Notes under the pieces: generated by a model
What the model was told of the DNA's origin: nothing
Databases searched by the model: none
Seen by the model: the letters and a program-made list of their open reading frames with translations, nothing else
Part shown: positions 63,197 through 64,000 of the stretch, piece by piece
Position numbering within the stretch: position 1 is the first letter of the stretch
Layout of the letters: every line of letters starts with the position of its first letter
DNA from: Clostridia bacterium
GTDB taxonomy: Bacteria > Bacillota > Clostridia > UMGS1883
Length of the DNA: 64,000 nucleotides
Reading direction: 5' to 3'
Assembly (NCBI GenBank): GCA_045604905.1
Contig: JAZUOX010000006.1
Location: 772 to 64,771 of the forward strand
Translations under genes and position numbers: made by a program

Positions 63197-64000
63197 ATGG
63201 AAACAGTTTTTATAATAAACCCCTGTGCAGGGAAGAAAAAAGATATTAACAATTTCATAAATAAAATAAAGCTTGTAAAAAGAGGTGCAGAAATATATGA
63301 AACTACTGCCGTTGGTGATGCTACACGTTTTGTCCGTAAATACATAAAAACAAACGGTGTGGCACGCTTCATTGCCTGTGGAGGCGACGGTACATTGGGA
63401 GAAGTAGTAAACGGCATAGCAGAAAATAATGCCTGTGAAGTTGGCGTTATTCCTATGGGGACAGGCAATGATTTCTGCAGGAATTTTGACTGTGATTTTT
63501 CAGATATAGCAGCCCAGATTAACGGAGAAAGCGAAAAGTGTGACATTATCCGCTACACAACAAGAATAAAAGGGGATCAAAAAAGCGGCTACTGCATCAA
63601 TATGTTTAATATAGGCTTTGACTGTAATGTTGCAGATATGACAGATACCGTAAAACAGAAGACCGTTTTCGGTGGCTCAATAGCTTATTTTATAGCTATA
63701 CTGATTACTCTTATTAAGAAAAAAGGTGCAAATCTTAAAATTGAACTTGACGGGGAAGAGGTGCATAACGGCAGACTTCTCTTGACTTCCGTGGCGAACG
63801 GATGCTACTGCGGTGGCGGAATAAAAAGTAATCCTCTTGCAGAAATCAAGGACGGACTAATCAATATAAATATAATAAATAATATATCAAGACTAAGGTT
63901 TATAACACTGTTGCCGTCATATATGAAAGGAACAGTACTTAAGAAAAAGGGAATCGGAAAATTTATAAAATCTGTAAAATGCAGCAGCATTACCCTTACT
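63197..64000 (+). CDS. Diacylglycerol/lipid kinase family protein (YegS/BmrU type), N-terminal 268 codons; continues past the window end
   Basis: Not in the supplied ORF track because it has no stop in the window. Hand translation from the ATG at 63197 (AAAGGAG RBS) gives METVFIINPCAGKKK...RFIACGGDGTLGEVVNG...VGVIPMGTGNDFCRNF... with no stop through base 64000. GGDGT is the DAGK catalytic motif. Confidence 0.85.
   Translation, partial: METVFIINPCAGKKKDINNFINKIKLVKRGAEIYETTAVGDATRFVRKYIKTNGVARFIACGGDGTLGEVVNGIAENNACEVGVIPMGTGNDFCRNFDCDFSDIAAQINGESEKCDIIRYTTRIKGDQKSGYCINMFNIGFDCNVADMTDTVKQKTVFGGSIAYFIAILITLIKKKGANLKIELDGEEVHNGRLLLTSVANGCYCGGGIKSNPLAEIKDGLININIINNISRLRFITLLPSYMKGTVLKKKGIGKFIKSVKCSSITLT

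Noticed and set aside
1-64000. Mobile genetic elements, prophage, integrases, toxin-antitoxin pairs, restriction-modification or other defence islands
   Set aside because: No ORF in the six-frame track shows transposase, recombinase, phage structural, methyltransferase or toxin-like motifs. Composition and codon style look uniform by eye across the window.

Overview
This 64-kb window looks like chromosome from a low-GC Gram-positive anaerobe. Gene content and synteny suggest an endospore-forming Clostridia genome of the Oscillospiraceae/Ruminococcus type, but the taxon is inference only. Most of the window is core housekeeping. This includes uvrB-uvrA, the sporulation/division block yabP-yabQ-divIC-yabR, and recJ-relA-MBL-hemZ-udk-like. 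It also includes nth, rarA, the complete rimP-nusA-ylxR-ylxQ-infB-rbfA-nrnA-truB-ribF operon, a clpE-ogg-yqeG operon, a tRNA-Leu, T-box-controlled pheST and sdaAB/AA. Between these lie several poorly characterised metabolic islands. One is an AraC-linked LmbE deacetylase / PfkB kinase / NagB-like / TIM-barrel / amidohydrolase cluster. A second is galK translationally coupled to two paralogous amidohydrolases. A third is an AraC-linked unknown GH / GH3 / GH94-like phosphorylase cluster. A fourth is an M20 / SDR / DapA-like / serine dehydratase / TetR operon. There is also a 1164-aa modular secreted protein. I found no transposase, integrase, phage genes, CRISPR array or recognisable defence system. 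Five items seem most worth a second look. (1) One uninterrupted ORF fuses a full [FeFe]-hydrogenase maturase HydE to a full tRNA 2-thiouridylase MnmA. (2) The tRNA-Leu folds with anticodon AAG (A34), and CUU/CUC-rich Leu codon usage is consistent with it. (3) A dispersed intergenic inverted-repeat family built from tandem heptamers (TTCGAAA/TTCGCAY) occurs here, with one copy inserted between the pheS T-box terminator and the pheS start codon. (4) An orphan three-way-junction-like structured island sits between two convergent terminators. (5) A nested palindromic element sits in the AraC/GH divergent promoter region. All coordinates, motifs and pairings were derived by hand from the sequence. 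No database search was possible.
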